NCBI RefSeq assembly: GCF_041987405.1
Contig: NZ_JBHIWR010000005.1
Coordinates: 150,258 to 214,257 of the forward strand
Length of the DNA stretch: 64,000 bases
DNA from: Pseudooceanicola sp.
GTDB taxonomy: Bacteria > Pseudomonadota > Alphaproteobacteria > Rhodobacterales > Rhodobacteraceae
Direction: 5' to 3'
Positions 1-9,163 of this stretch are shown one piece after another (positions within the stretch are counted from its first letter, which is position 1; every line of letters starts with the position of its first letter). The notes under the pieces were generated by a model that saw only the letters and a list, made by a program, of their open reading frames with translations, had not been told where the DNA came from and searched no databases. A program made the translations under genes and the position numbers.

Positions 1-303
1 GTTCCGCTTGATCGCCGGGGGTGTGATCGTATTGTGGTAGCCCTGCCCGATCAGGCTGGTCAGGACTTTGTTCTTCTCCGCCGTCTCCCGCATCTTCTGC
101 AGCAGTTCGGATTCCGACAGGGGCGCCCCGAAATCCAGCGGTTCGGCCTGGCGGATCGCCTTGGGGACCGTCTGGTCGATCAGCTGATCGAGGGATGTGA
201 CGCCGATGGTCGCCAGCATCTCCTCCATCTCGGCCGGAGAGGGGCCGATGTGGCGGCGGTTGGCGAAGTCATAGGCGTCGTAGTCGGTCGGGGTGAAGGT
301 CAT
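1..303 (-). CDS. gcvP: Glycine dehydrogenase (glycine cleavage P protein), N-terminal part; runs off window start
   Basis: Manual translation from ATG at 303: [30 protein letters not shown]...[19 protein letters not shown], typical GcvP N-terminus; purine-rich RBS upstream; follows gcvT-gcvH. Confidence 0.93.
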   Translation of the reverse strand, partial: MTFTPTDYDAYDFANRRHIGPSPAEMEEMLATIGVTSLDQLIDQTVPKAIRQAEPLDFGAPLSESELLQKMRETAEKNKVLTSLIGQGYHNTITPPAIKRN

Positions 304-410
304 GTGGGGTCCTTCCGGTCAGGCATCGGGGCGGAGCGGTGGCGGGGCGGTGGCATACTCGGGCGCGGCCCGAGGGCCTGTCTGTCCCGCCCCGGTGGTC
401 GACCCGTCTT

Positions 411-434
411 CCCCGGGGTTGATACGGGGATGAC
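411..434. repeat. Degenerate half-copy of the GTCATCC-ended palindromic repeat family
   Basis: CCCCGGGGTTGATACGGGGATGAC in gcvH-gcvP spacer resembles the right arm of the 52454-52533 element. Confidence 0.4.
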
Positions 435-471
435 GCGGGGCCGGGCGGCAGAAGCGGAGACAGGCGCCCGT

Positions 472-831
472 TCAGGAGATCAGGTCGTTGTATTCCGCCT
501 CGGAGAGGTAGTCGTCCATCTGCGAGGGATCGGCGGGCTTGATCTTGAAGAACCAGGCGTCACCCATGGGGTCCTCGTTGATCTTGCCGGGGTCGTCCAC
601 CAGGGCTTCGTTCACCTCGGTGATCTCGCCATCCAGCGGGGCCAGGATGTCGGAGGCAGCCTTGACGCTCTCGATTACCACGCATTCGTCGTCCTTGGAC
701 ACTTCGGTCCCGGCCTCGGGCAGCTCGACAAAGACGATGTCGCCCAGTTGTTCGGCGGCGTGTTCTGTGATGCCGACGACGATCTCATCGCCTTCGGGGC
801 GCAGCCATTCGTGTTCTTCGGTGAATTTCAT
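472..831 (-). CDS. gcvH: Glycine cleavage system H protein
   Basis: [27 protein letters not shown], lipoyl-Lys motif IESVKAASD. Confidence 0.97.
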   Translation of the reverse strand: MKFTEEHEWLRPEGDEIVVGITEHAAEQLGDIVFVELPEAGTEVSKDDECVVIESVKAASDILAPLDGEITEVNEALVDDPGKINEDPMGDAWFFKIKPADPSQMDDYLSEAEYNDLIS

Positions 832-848
832 GTGGTCCTCGTCAGCTC

Positions 849-1961
849 TCAGCGTTTGAAATTGGCAGGGGTGAAGGGCAGCGGGGCGACCTCTACGGGC
901 GCGCGTTTGCCGCGCAGTTCGGCGGATATGATGGTCCCAGGCGCGGCCATGTCAATCGGGACATACCCCATGGAGACAGGCGCCTGCACGGTCGGGCCGA
1001 AAGCGCCGGAGGTGATGGTGCCGATCTGGTAGGTCACCTCGTCGGAGGCGAATAGCGGGACCCCCTCCCGCATCGGGGCGCGGCCCTGCGGCGCAAGGCC
1101 GACACGCTTGCGGGGCGCGCCCTCGGCCAGTTCGCGCAGGATACGGTCGGCGCCAGGGAAGCCCCCTTCGCGGTCACCGCCGGTGCGGCGGACCTTCTGG
1201 ATGGCCCATTGCAGCCCGGCCTCGACCGGCGAGGTCGTGGTGTCGATGTCGTGGCCATAGAGGCAGAGCCCGGCTTCCAGCCGCAGGCTGTCGCGCGCGC
1301 CGAGGCCGATCGGCAGGGTGTCCTCGTGATCCAGCAGGGCGCGGGCGAGCGTGTCGGCGGCGCCTTCAGGGACGGAGATTTCATAGCCATCCTCGCCGGT
1401 GTAGCCGGAACGGGAGACCCAGCATTCCGCCCCGCAGAGAGTGACGGTGCGGACGTCCATGAATTTCATGTCGGCGACTTCGGGGGAAAGCGTCGCCAGC
1501 ACGGCCTCGGCTTTCGGCCCCTGCAGGGCGAGCAGGCAGCGGTCGGTGATTTCTTCCACCTCCACGCCCGTCAGGTTGGCGCGCATATGGGCAAGGTCCG
1601 CGGTCTTGCAGGCGGCATTGACAACGACAAAGAGGTGGTCGCCACGGTTGGCGAACATCAGGTCATCGAGGATGCCGCCCTCGTCATTCGTAAAGACCCC
1701 GTAGCGCTGGCGACCTTCCTTGAGGCCCAGCACATCGACCGGCACCAGCGCCTCGAAGGCGCGGGCCACATCGTCGCCGCGCAGGATCACCTGGCCCATA
1801 TGGGAGACATCGAAAAGACCGGCAGCGGCGCGGGTGTGGAGGTGTTCCTTCATCACCCCGGCGGCATATTGCACGGGCATCTCGTACCCGGCGAAGGGCA
1901 CCATCTTGGCGCCCAGTTCCACGTGAAGATCATGCAGCGGCAGGCTGTGCAGGTCGTTCAT
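849..1961 (-). CDS. gcvT: Glycine cleavage system T protein (aminomethyltransferase)
   Basis: [40 protein letters not shown] motifs. Confidence 0.97.
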   Translation of the reverse strand: MNDLHSLPLHDLHVELGAKMVPFAGYEMPVQYAAGVMKEHLHTRAAAGLFDVSHMGQVILRGDDVARAFEALVPVDVLGLKEGRQRYGVFTNDEGGILDDLMFANRGDHLFVVVNAACKTADLAHMRANLTGVEVEEITDRCLLALQGPKAEAVLATLSPEVADMKFMDVRTVTLCGAECWVSRSGYTGEDGYEISVPEGAADTLARALLDHEDTLPIGLGARDSLRLEAGLCLYGHDIDTTTSPVEAGLQWAIQKVRRTGGDREGGFPGADRILRELAEGAPRKRVGLAPQGRAPMREGVPLFASDEVTYQIGTITSGAFGPTVQAPVSMGYVPIDMAAPGTIISAELRGKRAPVEVAPLPFTPANFKR

Positions 1962-2021
1962 CCCGGTCCTTCCCGACCCGGAGAGCGCCGGGCATCGCGA
2001 GGCGCGTCACGCGCCACGATG

Positions 2022-2175
2022 CCCCCTCTGTCCTTGCGCCTGAGATCGCTATCCCTTCGGCGGGCGCCTTTCGCGCCACTCTCCAGAGTTCGTCAACGGC
2101 AGGTCCCTTGGGCCTGAGAGTTTCCGGGGCGGTTGCTCCTTCGGCACCGGTGGATGACCGGTTCTCCCTGTCCGT
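2022..2175 (-). ncRNA. Tandem glycine riboswitch
   Basis: Minus strand has two aptamers, GGACAGGGAGA...GCCGAAGGAGCAACCGCCCCGGAAACTCTCAGGC...GGACC (~2098-2173) and CTCTGGAGAG...CGCCGAAGGGA...ATCTCAGGCGCAAGGACAGAGGG (~2024-2088), directly upstream of gcvT. Confidence 0.95.
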
Positions 2176-2214
2176 GGGGTCTGGTTAGCGCGGCGGCGCG
2201 GCCCGCGCAAGGGG

Positions 2215-2679
2215 TCAGGCGTGCAGGCTGCGCTGCGGACAGGTGACAGGCAGGGTCAGGATCGCATCCAGCTGATTATTGTCGCAGACCAGATCGGCCA
2301 GGGTCACATCATCCATCGAGGCATAGAAGGCCTCCGTCGCCCGGGCGATGACATGGCGCAGGCGGCATGCGTCGATCAGCGGGCAGGTGTTGTCCTCAGC
2401 GTCGAAGCATTCGGTGATCGGCACGGAGGCCTCGGTGGCGCGCATGACCTCCCCGACGCGGATATCCTCCATCGCGCGGGACAGCCGCATCCCCCCGTTG
2501 CGGCCGCGCTGCGTGTGCAGGAAACCAAGCTGGGCCAGGCGGTTGATGACCTGGGCGAGGTGGTTTTCGGAGGTATTGCAGGCTTCGGCGATTTCCGCTT
2601 TCGTGACCAGGGTGTGTCTGTTCACGCCGCAATGCATCAGAACCCGCATCGAGATGTTGGAACGCTTGGTCATTCGCAT
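2215..2679 (-). CDS. Rrf2 family transcriptional regulator, NsrR-like with three C-terminal Cys
   Basis: SENHLAQVINRLAQLGFLHTQRGRNGGMRL winged HTH; ECFDAEDNTCPLIDAC Fe-S ligand pattern; ATG at 2679 preceded by GGAGA RBS. Confidence 0.88.
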   Translation of the reverse strand: MRMTKRSNISMRVLMHCGVNRHTLVTKAEIAEACNTSENHLAQVINRLAQLGFLHTQRGRNGGMRLSRAMEDIRVGEVMRATEASVPITECFDAEDNTCPLIDACRLRHVIARATEAFYASMDDVTLADLVCDNNQLDAILTLPVTCPQRSLHA

Positions 2680-2746
2680 GGTGGTTCTCCCCCCTTGCTC
2701 CGGCCGGGCAGGCCGGGCTGCCGGGCCCGTCGACCGCGGCTTTCCT

Positions 2747-2769
2747 AAGATGTGACTTGCATGCATCAT
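2747..2769. promoter_or_regulatory. Putative NsrR-type operator
   Basis: AAGATGTGACTTGCATGCATCAT = GATGTGA-N5-ATGCATC, compared with the published NsrR consensus gATGyAT-N5-ATrCATc; lies between the divergent Rrf2 and GGCT genes. Confidence 0.55.
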
Positions 2770-2792
2770 CAGGGATCGCGGAAAACGCGTAT

Positions 2793-3395
2793 ATGACATG
2801 GATCAAACAGGAGCCGGAATTGCCCCACGACCCTTTTTTCTTTGGATATGGCAGCCTCGTGAACACCGCGACCCATGTTTATGACCGCCATCACCGGGCG
2901 CGTCTGGACGGCTGGCGGCGGGTCTGGCGGCATACGCCGTTCCGGGAAATGGCGTTCCTGACGGCGGAGCCTTTCGAGGGCAGCTATATCGACGGGCTGA
3001 TCGCCGCCGTGCCCGGGGCAGACTGGGCGGCGCTGGACCTGCGCGAGACCGGCTATGACCGGGTGCCGCTGGACCGCGGGATCAGCCATGAGGCCGTGCA
3101 GGCGGGCGAGATCGCGGTCTATCATATCCCGGAGGGCAAACATGGCCCCGCCGACGGGGACCGGCCCATCCTGATGAGTTATCTCGACGTGGTGGTGCAG
3201 GGCTATCTGCAGGTCTTCGGCGCGGAGGGCGGGCAGCATTTCTTTGACACGACCGCCGGATGGGACGGGCCGATCCTGAACGACCGGGCCCAACCGCTCT
3301 ACCCCCGCGCGCAGTTGCTGCGGGAGGAGGAGACGAGCTTTGTCGACCGGGCGCTGGCGAAGATGGGCGCGAGGATTGTGGAGGCGGAGGGTTAG
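2793..3395 (+). CDS. Gamma-glutamylcyclotransferase family protein (ChaC/GGCT-like); start uncertain
   Basis: FFFGYGSLVN motif, ARLDGWRRVW, LDLRETGY (catalytic Glu region). Confidence 0.8.
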   Translation: MTWIKQEPELPHDPFFFGYGSLVNTATHVYDRHHRARLDGWRRVWRHTPFREMAFLTAEPFEGSYIDGLIAAVPGADWAALDLRETGYDRVPLDRGISHEAVQAGEIAVYHIPEGKHGPADGDRPILMSYLDVVVQGYLQVFGAEGGQHFFDTTAGWDGPILNDRAQPLYPRAQLLREEETSFVDRALAKMGARIVEAEG

Positions 3396-3444
3396 GGGGC
3401 GAGGCAGATCTGAATTAGTTCCTATAGGTCGATCTTCATAATCG

Positions 3445-3542
3445 AGGGCTGCGCCGACCCGCGGGGTGGCGCAATTGCGCCGCCCCAGGGGGGCGGGTCG
3501 GCGCAGCCCGGCGTTGCCGCCGGGCGGGACATTTGATCAAAG
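3445..3542. repeat. Multi-hairpin palindromic element, copy 1 (intergenic)
   Basis: 17-bp stem GGGCTGCGCCGACCCGC/GCGGGTCGGCGCAGCCC enclosing palindrome GGCGCAATTGCGCC, then CCCGGCG-TTGC-CGCCGGG; near-identical to 54430-54526. Confidence 0.9.
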
Positions 3543-3643
3543 CTCCAAGGCAATGCACGGATGTACATCCCGGCTGCTGCAGGCCGACCCAAGCTTAAAC
3601 CCCGCCGACAGCCCGCCTCACCACACCACCAACCAACCCATCC

Positions 3644-4513
3644 TCAAAACCACTGCCCCGGCTCCATCAGCCCCAGCTTCAGCAACTGACTGGAGGTCCA
3701 GTCGAAGGGGGCGGAGTTGTGCCAGCGGAAGGTGTCGATCTCGTAGGTTGATCCCGGGTTCCGCTTCAGCGCCTTGGCCGCCCGGAAGGAGCAGACCGTC
3801 GCCGTCAGGTTGTTGTGCCATTTGCAGGCGTAGGTGTTGTACTCTTCGTCGTTGAAGGTGAAATCCGGGTTCATCCGCAGCCCCTGACGGGCGCGGAAGA
3901 GGGAAATCCGGTCGATGCGGCGGCGATCCGGGGGCACGTGTTCCTCGAACCGCCATTTCAGCCCGCCGTAGAAATCCAGCTGCCGTTCCTTGGGGTACCC
4001 GTGGTTGCCCGGGTCCTTGCGGGCGAGCGCGTAGTAGCCGGACTTGTCCAGCCAGGCGTCGTCCAGTGCCACCGCATTCGGCGCTTGGTCGAGATCGCCG
4101 GCGTAGAGGTCGACGACATAGGTCAGCATGGCGTCGCGCCGCTCTTCGCCGTGGAAGGTCAGCATTTCGCCAACCGTGCGGTGTTCGCAGAAGGGATGCA
4201 GCAGGTATTCGGCGTTGTAGCAGTAGTAGAGCCAGGCGCCGACGGCGATATTGGCGGCGCGGGTCACCGCCTCTTCGATCCGGTCGCCGCGGTTGAGGTC
4301 GTAGTCCACGCGGGTGGTCCAGGGCTGGACGTCGCGGGCGATGCGAAAACTCGGCGGGGCCAGCAGGATGACGGATTTGAACCCGGCCTTGTGGTGGTGG
4401 CGCAGGGTGCTGTCGATCTCCACCTCGTCCTCGGCAAAGATCATCGCCGAGGGGCCCTTGGTGAACTCTGGCGGCCGGGCGTTCAGAAACGCGTCGAGGC
4501 TATTGAACTGCAT
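3644..4513 (-). CDS. Conserved hypothetical protein, possibly glycosyltransferase family 2-like fold
   Basis: 289-aa ORF, best reading of the interval, divergent from miaB; [14 protein letters not shown] and [11 protein letters not shown] segments recall GT2-like proteins of Rhodobacteraceae (recollection, not searched). Confidence 0.6.
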   Translation of the reverse strand: MQFNSLDAFLNARPPEFTKGPSAMIFAEDEVEIDSTLRHHHKAGFKSVILLAPPSFRIARDVQPWTTRVDYDLNRGDRIEEAVTRAANIAVGAWLYYCYNAEYLLHPFCEHRTVGEMLTFHGEERRDAMLTYVVDLYAGDLDQAPNAVALDDAWLDKSGYYALARKDPGNHGYPKERQLDFYGGLKWRFEEHVPPDRRRIDRISLFRARQGLRMNPDFTFNDEEYNTYACKWHNNLTATVCSFRAAKALKRNPGSTYEIDTFRWHNSAPFDWTSSQLLKLGLMEPGQWF

Positions 4514-4638
4514 CCCCTGTCCCGTCCGATCTGCATTGTGCCTGTGGCCCGAAGGTCCAGCCTTTTGGCCCGCATTGCAAGACCCGGTGGTTTGGGCTAG
4601 TCAGACGCCCTGATCCCCTGCCCTATTCGAGATCCGCG

Positions 4639-5955
4639 ATGACCCAGCCCAAGAAGCTTTTCATCAAGACCTACGGCTGCCAGATGAACGTCTATGACAG
4701 CGAACGCATGGCCGAGGCCCTGGGCGGCAATGGCTATGTCGAGGTCGGCTCGCCGGACGAGGCGGACATGATCCTGCTGAATACCTGTCACATCCGGGAA
4801 AAGGCAGCGGAGAAGGTCTATTCGGAACTGGGCCGGTTCAAGGGGCTGAAGTCGGAAAAGCCGGACTTGAAGATCGGCGTGGCGGGCTGTGTCGCGCAGG
4901 CCGAGGGCGAGGAGATCATGCGCCGCCAGCCCATGGTCGATCTGGTTGTCGGCCCGCAGAGCTACCATCGCCTGCCGGAGATGGAGGCCAAGGCGGGCGC
5001 GGAGAAGGTGATCGACACCGACTTCCCCGAGGAAGACAAGTTCGAGAAGTTGAAAAGCCGCCCCAAGGCAAAACGCGGGCCGACCGCGTTCCTGACCGTT
5101 CAGGAGGGCTGCGACAAGTTCTGCGCCTTCTGCGTCGTGCCCTATACCCGGGGGGCGGAGGTATCGCGCCCGGTGGAGCGGGTGCTGGCCGAGGCACGCG
5201 ATCTGGTGGACCGCGGGGTGCGGGAGATCACCTTGCTGGGCCAGAACGTCAACGCCTACCACGGCGCAGGGCCGGATGGCGGGGACTGGTCGCTGGCCCG
5301 GCTGATCCGGGAGTTGGCGGAGATCGACGATCTGGCGCGCATCCGGTTCACCACGTCGCATCCCAACGACATGGACGACGATCTGATCGCGGCGCATGGC
5401 GATTGCGAGAAACTGATGCCCTATCTGCATCTGCCGGTGCAGTCGGGGTCGGACAAGATCCTCAAGCGGATGAACCGCAGCCATGATCGCGACAGTTACC
5501 TGCGCCTGATCGAGCGGATCCGAACGGCGCGGCCCGATATCCTGATCTCCGGCGACTTCATCGTCGGCTTCCCGGAGGAGACGGACGAGGATTTCCGCGA
5601 CACGATGCGGCTGATCGAAGAGGTGAATTACGGTCAGGCCTTTTCGTTCAAGTATTCGACCCGACCCGGCACGCCCGCGGCGGAACGGTCGCAGGTGCCG
5701 GAGGATGTGAAATCCGACCGGCTGCAGGAGCTGCAGGCACTGATCACCCGCCAGCAACGCGCGGTGCAGGATGCCATGGTCGGCCGCGAGGTCGGCGTGC
5801 TGATCGAACGGCCGGGGCGGATGCCGGGGCAGATGGTCGGCAAGTCCGACCATCTGCATGCGGTGCATATCCAGTGCGATCTGGCCCCCGGGTCGCTGGC
5901 GCGCGTCCGGATCGTCGAAAGCGGGCCGAATTCCCTGGGCGGCGAGCTGCTCTGA
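4639..5955 (+). CDS. miaB: tRNA-2-methylthio-N6-dimethylallyladenosine synthase
   Basis: [24 protein letters not shown], radical [12 protein letters not shown]-terminal TRAM region. Confidence 0.97.
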   Translation: MTQPKKLFIKTYGCQMNVYDSERMAEALGGNGYVEVGSPDEADMILLNTCHIREKAAEKVYSELGRFKGLKSEKPDLKIGVAGCVAQAEGEEIMRRQPMVDLVVGPQSYHRLPEMEAKAGAEKVIDTDFPEEDKFEKLKSRPKAKRGPTAFLTVQEGCDKFCAFCVVPYTRGAEVSRPVERVLAEARDLVDRGVREITLLGQNVNAYHGAGPDGGDWSLARLIRELAEIDDLARIRFTTSHPNDMDDDLIAAHGDCEKLMPYLHLPVQSGSDKILKRMNRSHDRDSYLRLIERIRTARPDILISGDFIVGFPEETDEDFRDTMRLIEEVNYGQAFSFKYSTRPGTPAAERSQVPEDVKSDRLQELQALITRQQRAVQDAMVGREVGVLIERPGRMPGQMVGKSDHLHAVHIQCDLAPGSLARVRIVESGPNSLGGELL

Positions 5956-6205
5956 CGCGAGCTTGACCCGGGGTGATTCCCGGCACCGCTGCAGGGTGCA
6001 CCCGTAGCCGACGACAGCGCCAACAACCGGGGCACGACCGCTATAATTCGTGCTGCCCGTCGCCGGAATAGCTATATTTCGGTATCATTTCCTCGGATTG
6101 AATCTTCACAAGTGCCCGCAAACCGCTAAAGTGTGGGCAGATAAAATGCTTGGGTCTCACCTGCTGCCAATCCGGGGGACCCTTGGGGGATGCAGAGGGA
6201 AATAA

Positions 6206-6778
6206 GTGGTGAAGCTGGATATCAGATCAGCCGGAACGATGCTGAAGGGGCTGTTTGCAGCCGCCCTCTGCGTCGTGACGGTTTCCGCCGGTCCGGCCCT
6301 GGCACAGGGCAAGGGCTACAACGAAAGATACGTCCCGACGATCTGGGTCGATCCAGATGGCTGCGAACACTGGGCCATGGATGACGGCTTGGAAGGCTAC
6401 ATGAGCCCGCATCTGACGCGTCAGGGCCTGCCGGTCTGCCACCGCAAGAACGTTTGCGGCGTGATGCAGACGGACCAGTTCTTCGCGACGGACAAATACT
6501 ACATCAGCCCCAGCAACCAGAAGCGTCTGGCGGAGTTCTTCCAGAAATCCACCGCGACGGCCTTCATTATCGCGGGTCACACCGACAGCCGCGCCTCGGA
6601 CGAATACAACATGCGCCTGTCCTACAACCGCGCCAATTCCGTGGCCAAGGTCGGCGCCGCTGTCGGGGCCAATATCGTGGACGTGCGCGGATATGGCGAA
6701 CGGATGCCGGTCGCGGCGAACAATTCCGCTGCGGGCATGGCCCAGAACCGCCGCGTCGAAATCATCTGCATTCAATGA
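6206..6778 (+). CDS. Secreted OmpA-like (peptidoglycan-binding) domain protein with N-terminal 2-Cys module
   Basis: Signal peptide (AAALCVVTVSAGPALA); GHTDSRASDEYNMRLSYNRANSV and GYGE...QNRRVEI OmpA_C motifs; GAGGG RBS before GTG 6206. Confidence 0.88.
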   Translation: MVKLDIRSAGTMLKGLFAAALCVVTVSAGPALAQGKGYNERYVPTIWVDPDGCEHWAMDDGLEGYMSPHLTRQGLPVCHRKNVCGVMQTDQFFATDKYYISPSNQKRLAEFFQKSTATAFIIAGHTDSRASDEYNMRLSYNRANSVAKVGAAVGANIVDVRGYGERMPVAANNSAAGMAQNRRVEIICIQ

Positions 6779-6792
6779 GCGGAAGGACTGTC

Positions 6793-7119
6793 ATGACACT
6801 CAAGAAGCTCATTCTCGGATGCGCCATGATCGGGGGCGTTGCCGCCTGTGGCCACCCCAGCCCGACACCGGATTTCAAGGGTGTGGACCGTGGCTTCGGC
6901 CGCAAGCACCTGAGCCAGCTGCAGGCGGGGATCTGGATCGACCCGAATGGCTGTGACCACTGGATCATCGACGATGGCGCCGAAGGCTACCTGTCCACGC
7001 GCCTCGATCCCTACGGCAAACCGGTCTGTTCCGGCACCGCGCCGCCGAACACGGCGACGGGCGGGTTCAAACGCGGCGGGCAAATCGGTGACCCGCGCAC
7101 CGCGACAGTCTCGGGATAA
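6793..7119 (+). CDS. Small lipoprotein sharing the 2-Cys module of the upstream OmpA protein
   Basis: GGAAGGA RBS, ATG 6793; lipobox-like VAAC; IWIDPNGCDHWIIDDGAEGYLSTRLDPYGKPVC. Confidence 0.8.
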   Translation: MTLKKLILGCAMIGGVAACGHPSPTPDFKGVDRGFGRKHLSQLQAGIWIDPNGCDHWIIDDGAEGYLSTRLDPYGKPVCSGTAPPNTATGGFKRGGQIGDPRTATVSG

Positions 7120-7164
7120 GCGGCGGACCGGGATGCACATCGGACCCGCATATCAAGCAAAGAG

Positions 7165-7194
7165 ATGCCGCAGGTTCACGCCTGCGGCATTTTT
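7165..7194 (+). terminator. Intrinsic terminator after the OmpA/lipoprotein pair
   Basis: ATGCCGCAGG-TTCACG-CCTGCGGCAT followed by TTTT. Confidence 0.8.
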
Positions 7195-7252
7195 GATTTC
7201 CGGCCCGGCCCGGACTGCCCTACCCTATGGATACCAACATTAGGAGATCTGC

Positions 7253-8275
7253 TTGGCTGCCACATTGCTGCCCCCCCGCGAGACCAACGCCGACACCCTG
7301 GCCGAGGTCGCTGTCGAATTCCCCGACAACTTCCTGCTGATCGAACTGTGTGGTGAGTTCGATCGCAACCTGGCCGAGATCGAACAGAAGCTGTCCGTTC
7401 AAATCCTGCGCCGTGGAAACCACCTGGTGGCCATGGGCGAAAAACCCGCGGCGGAGGAAGCGGTGCAGGTCCTGCGCAAGCTGTATGCGCGGCTGGAGGC
7501 CGGACGGCCCGTCGGCCCCGGCGATATCGACCGCGAGCTGCGGATGCCCGATGCAAACCTTGACCGGGGCAAGAGCCGGGACGGCAAGCAGATCGAGATG
7601 TTCAAGGGCGGCCCGGTGGAGATCAAGACCCGCAAGAAGGTGGTGGAGCCGCGGACGGAGGCGCAAAAGGCCTATGTCCAGAACCTGTTCCAGCACGAGA
7701 TGGCGTTTGGCATCGGGCCTGCGGGCACCGGCAAGACCTATCTCGCCGTGGCGGTTGGCGTGTCGATGTTCATCGACGGGCTGGTAGACAAGATCATCCT
7801 GTCGCGTCCGGCCGTGGAGGCGGGCGAGAAGCTGGGTTATCTGCCCGGCGACATGAAGGACAAGGTCGATCCCTACATGCAGCCGCTCTATGACGCGCTG
7901 AACGATTTCCTTCCCGGCAAGCAACTCGCCAAGATGATGGAGGAAAAGGTGATCGAGATCGCGCCGCTGGCCTTCATGCGGGGACGGACGCTGTCAAACG
8001 CCTTTGTCGTGCTGGACGAGGCGCAGAACGCCACGACCATGCAGATGAAGATGTTCCTGACCCGCCTGGGCGAAGGGTCGCGCATGGTGATCACCGGCGA
8101 CCGCAGCCAGGTGGACCTGCCGCGCGGGATGCCGTCGGGGCTGAAGGATGCGGAGGGTTTGCTGAAGGGGATCGACAAGATCAGCTTTAACTACTTTACC
8201 GCCAAGGACGTGGTGCGGCATCCGCTGGTCGCCAGGATCATCGAGGCCTACGAGGCGGCAGAGGGTAAGAGTTGA
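7253..8275 (+). CDS. phoH: PhoH family ATPase (YbeZ-like)
   Basis: GIGPAGTGKTYLA Walker A, LSRPAVEAGEKLGYLPG, LDEAQN, VITGDRSQVDLP; AGGAG RBS before TTG. Confidence 0.95.
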   Translation: MAATLLPPRETNADTLAEVAVEFPDNFLLIELCGEFDRNLAEIEQKLSVQILRRGNHLVAMGEKPAAEEAVQVLRKLYARLEAGRPVGPGDIDRELRMPDANLDRGKSRDGKQIEMFKGGPVEIKTRKKVVEPRTEAQKAYVQNLFQHEMAFGIGPAGTGKTYLAVAVGVSMFIDGLVDKIILSRPAVEAGEKLGYLPGDMKDKVDPYMQPLYDALNDFLPGKQLAKMMEEKVIEIAPLAFMRGRTLSNAFVVLDEAQNATTMQMKMFLTRLGEGSRMVITGDRSQVDLPRGMPSGLKDAEGLLKGIDKISFNYFTAKDVVRHPLVARIIEAYEAAEGKS

Positions 8276-8301
8276 GAAACGGGGGTGAGGCGCGAGGCCA
8301 A

Positions 8302-8718
8302 TCAGGCCTCGGACGCCTCGTCCTTTTTCGCCGGTCTGAACGCGCCTGTGTCCAGATCGTCGACGTTCAGCGGTTTCATGTACCAGGCGGTGCCGCAGGG
8401 CAGCCATGGGACTGTATCCCGATCGAAGGTGGACAGGACGATGATCGGCAACTGCGCCACCTTCAGTCCGCTGGCCAGATGTTCGCAGACCGCTTCCGGC
8501 TTGTGAATGTCGAGAATCACGCCTGAAAATCGCCCATGACCGGCCTGGATCGCCGAGGACACCCCCGAATAGCCAGTGAATTGCGTCGAATATCCCTGCG
8601 CATTCAAGCTCATCTCGAGATCAAGTGACAGCAGCGGGTCGTCGCTGACGATCAGCACATCCTTCGCCTCAGAGGCGAGCGCGCCGTTTGATTTCAATTG
8701 TCCGATGATTCTTTCCAT
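8302..8718 (-). CDS. Single-domain response regulator (receiver domain)
   Basis: VLIVSDD acidic pocket, GVILD phospho-acceptor, IIVLST, YMKP. Confidence 0.75.
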   Translation of the reverse strand: MERIIGQLKSNGALASEAKDVLIVSDDPLLSLDLEMSLNAQGYSTQFTGYSGVSSAIQAGHGRFSGVILDIHKPEAVCEHLASGLKVAQLPIIVLSTFDRDTVPWLPCGTAWYMKPLNVDDLDTGAFRPAKKDEASEA

Positions 8719-8908
8719 GCACCGGACATAGGCGCGTTAACTAGTTTTTTCAATGTTTTTCAGATACTTAGTTTGTAATTTTGCACCCTATACTAGAGAT
8801 TGTCACTTTACTTATTTTGCTCATAATACATATGGGTCAACTGACGGTTATTGCAAAAAGAAACGCCAAACACAGATAGAACGCTACAGATCGAGACGGA
8901 TCATCGAG

Positions 8909-9142
8909 ATGAAACAGGACCCATCAAAAAGGCTTGAACGGCTCCAGATCATGTTGACGGATGATGAACTGCGCGCGGTGGATGACTGGCGGTTCAAGTT
9001 GCATATGCCCAGTCGGTCCGCAGCGGTCCGCGAACTACTGCGGCGCGGTCTTGCGGCCGAAGGGTATTACGGGCAGGCGGAAAGCGGCTCCCCCTCCTCG
9101 AAGTTCGGCGTTCTGGATGATCCTGACAAGAACGTGCCCTGA
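8909..9142 (+). CDS. Small ribbon-helix-helix-like protein
   Basis: RLQIMLTDDELRAVDDWRFKLHMPSRSAAVRELLRRGL: beta strand plus two helices, CopG-like SRSxAVRELL pattern. Confidence 0.7.
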   Translation: MKQDPSKRLERLQIMLTDDELRAVDDWRFKLHMPSRSAAVRELLRRGLAAEGYYGQAESGSPSSKFGVLDDPDKNVP

Positions 9143-9163
9143 CGAAGGGGCGCCACCCCTCCA

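Noticed and set aside
34-1032. Long plus-strand ORF and the many other antisense or alternative-frame ORFs in the track (e.g. 13639-15486, 17324-19258, 48407-50263)
   Set aside because: Shadow ORFs of high-GC genes; they overlap motif-supported genes and have no recognisable motifs
6098-6111. TTGAA-TCTT-CACAA as an FNR/CRP box upstream of the OmpA gene
   Set aside because: Too many mismatches to TTGAT-N4-ATCAA
8719-8908. EcfG promoter or replication origin in the AT-rich spacer
   Set aside because: No GGAAC-N16/17-CGTT, DnaA boxes or iterons recognised
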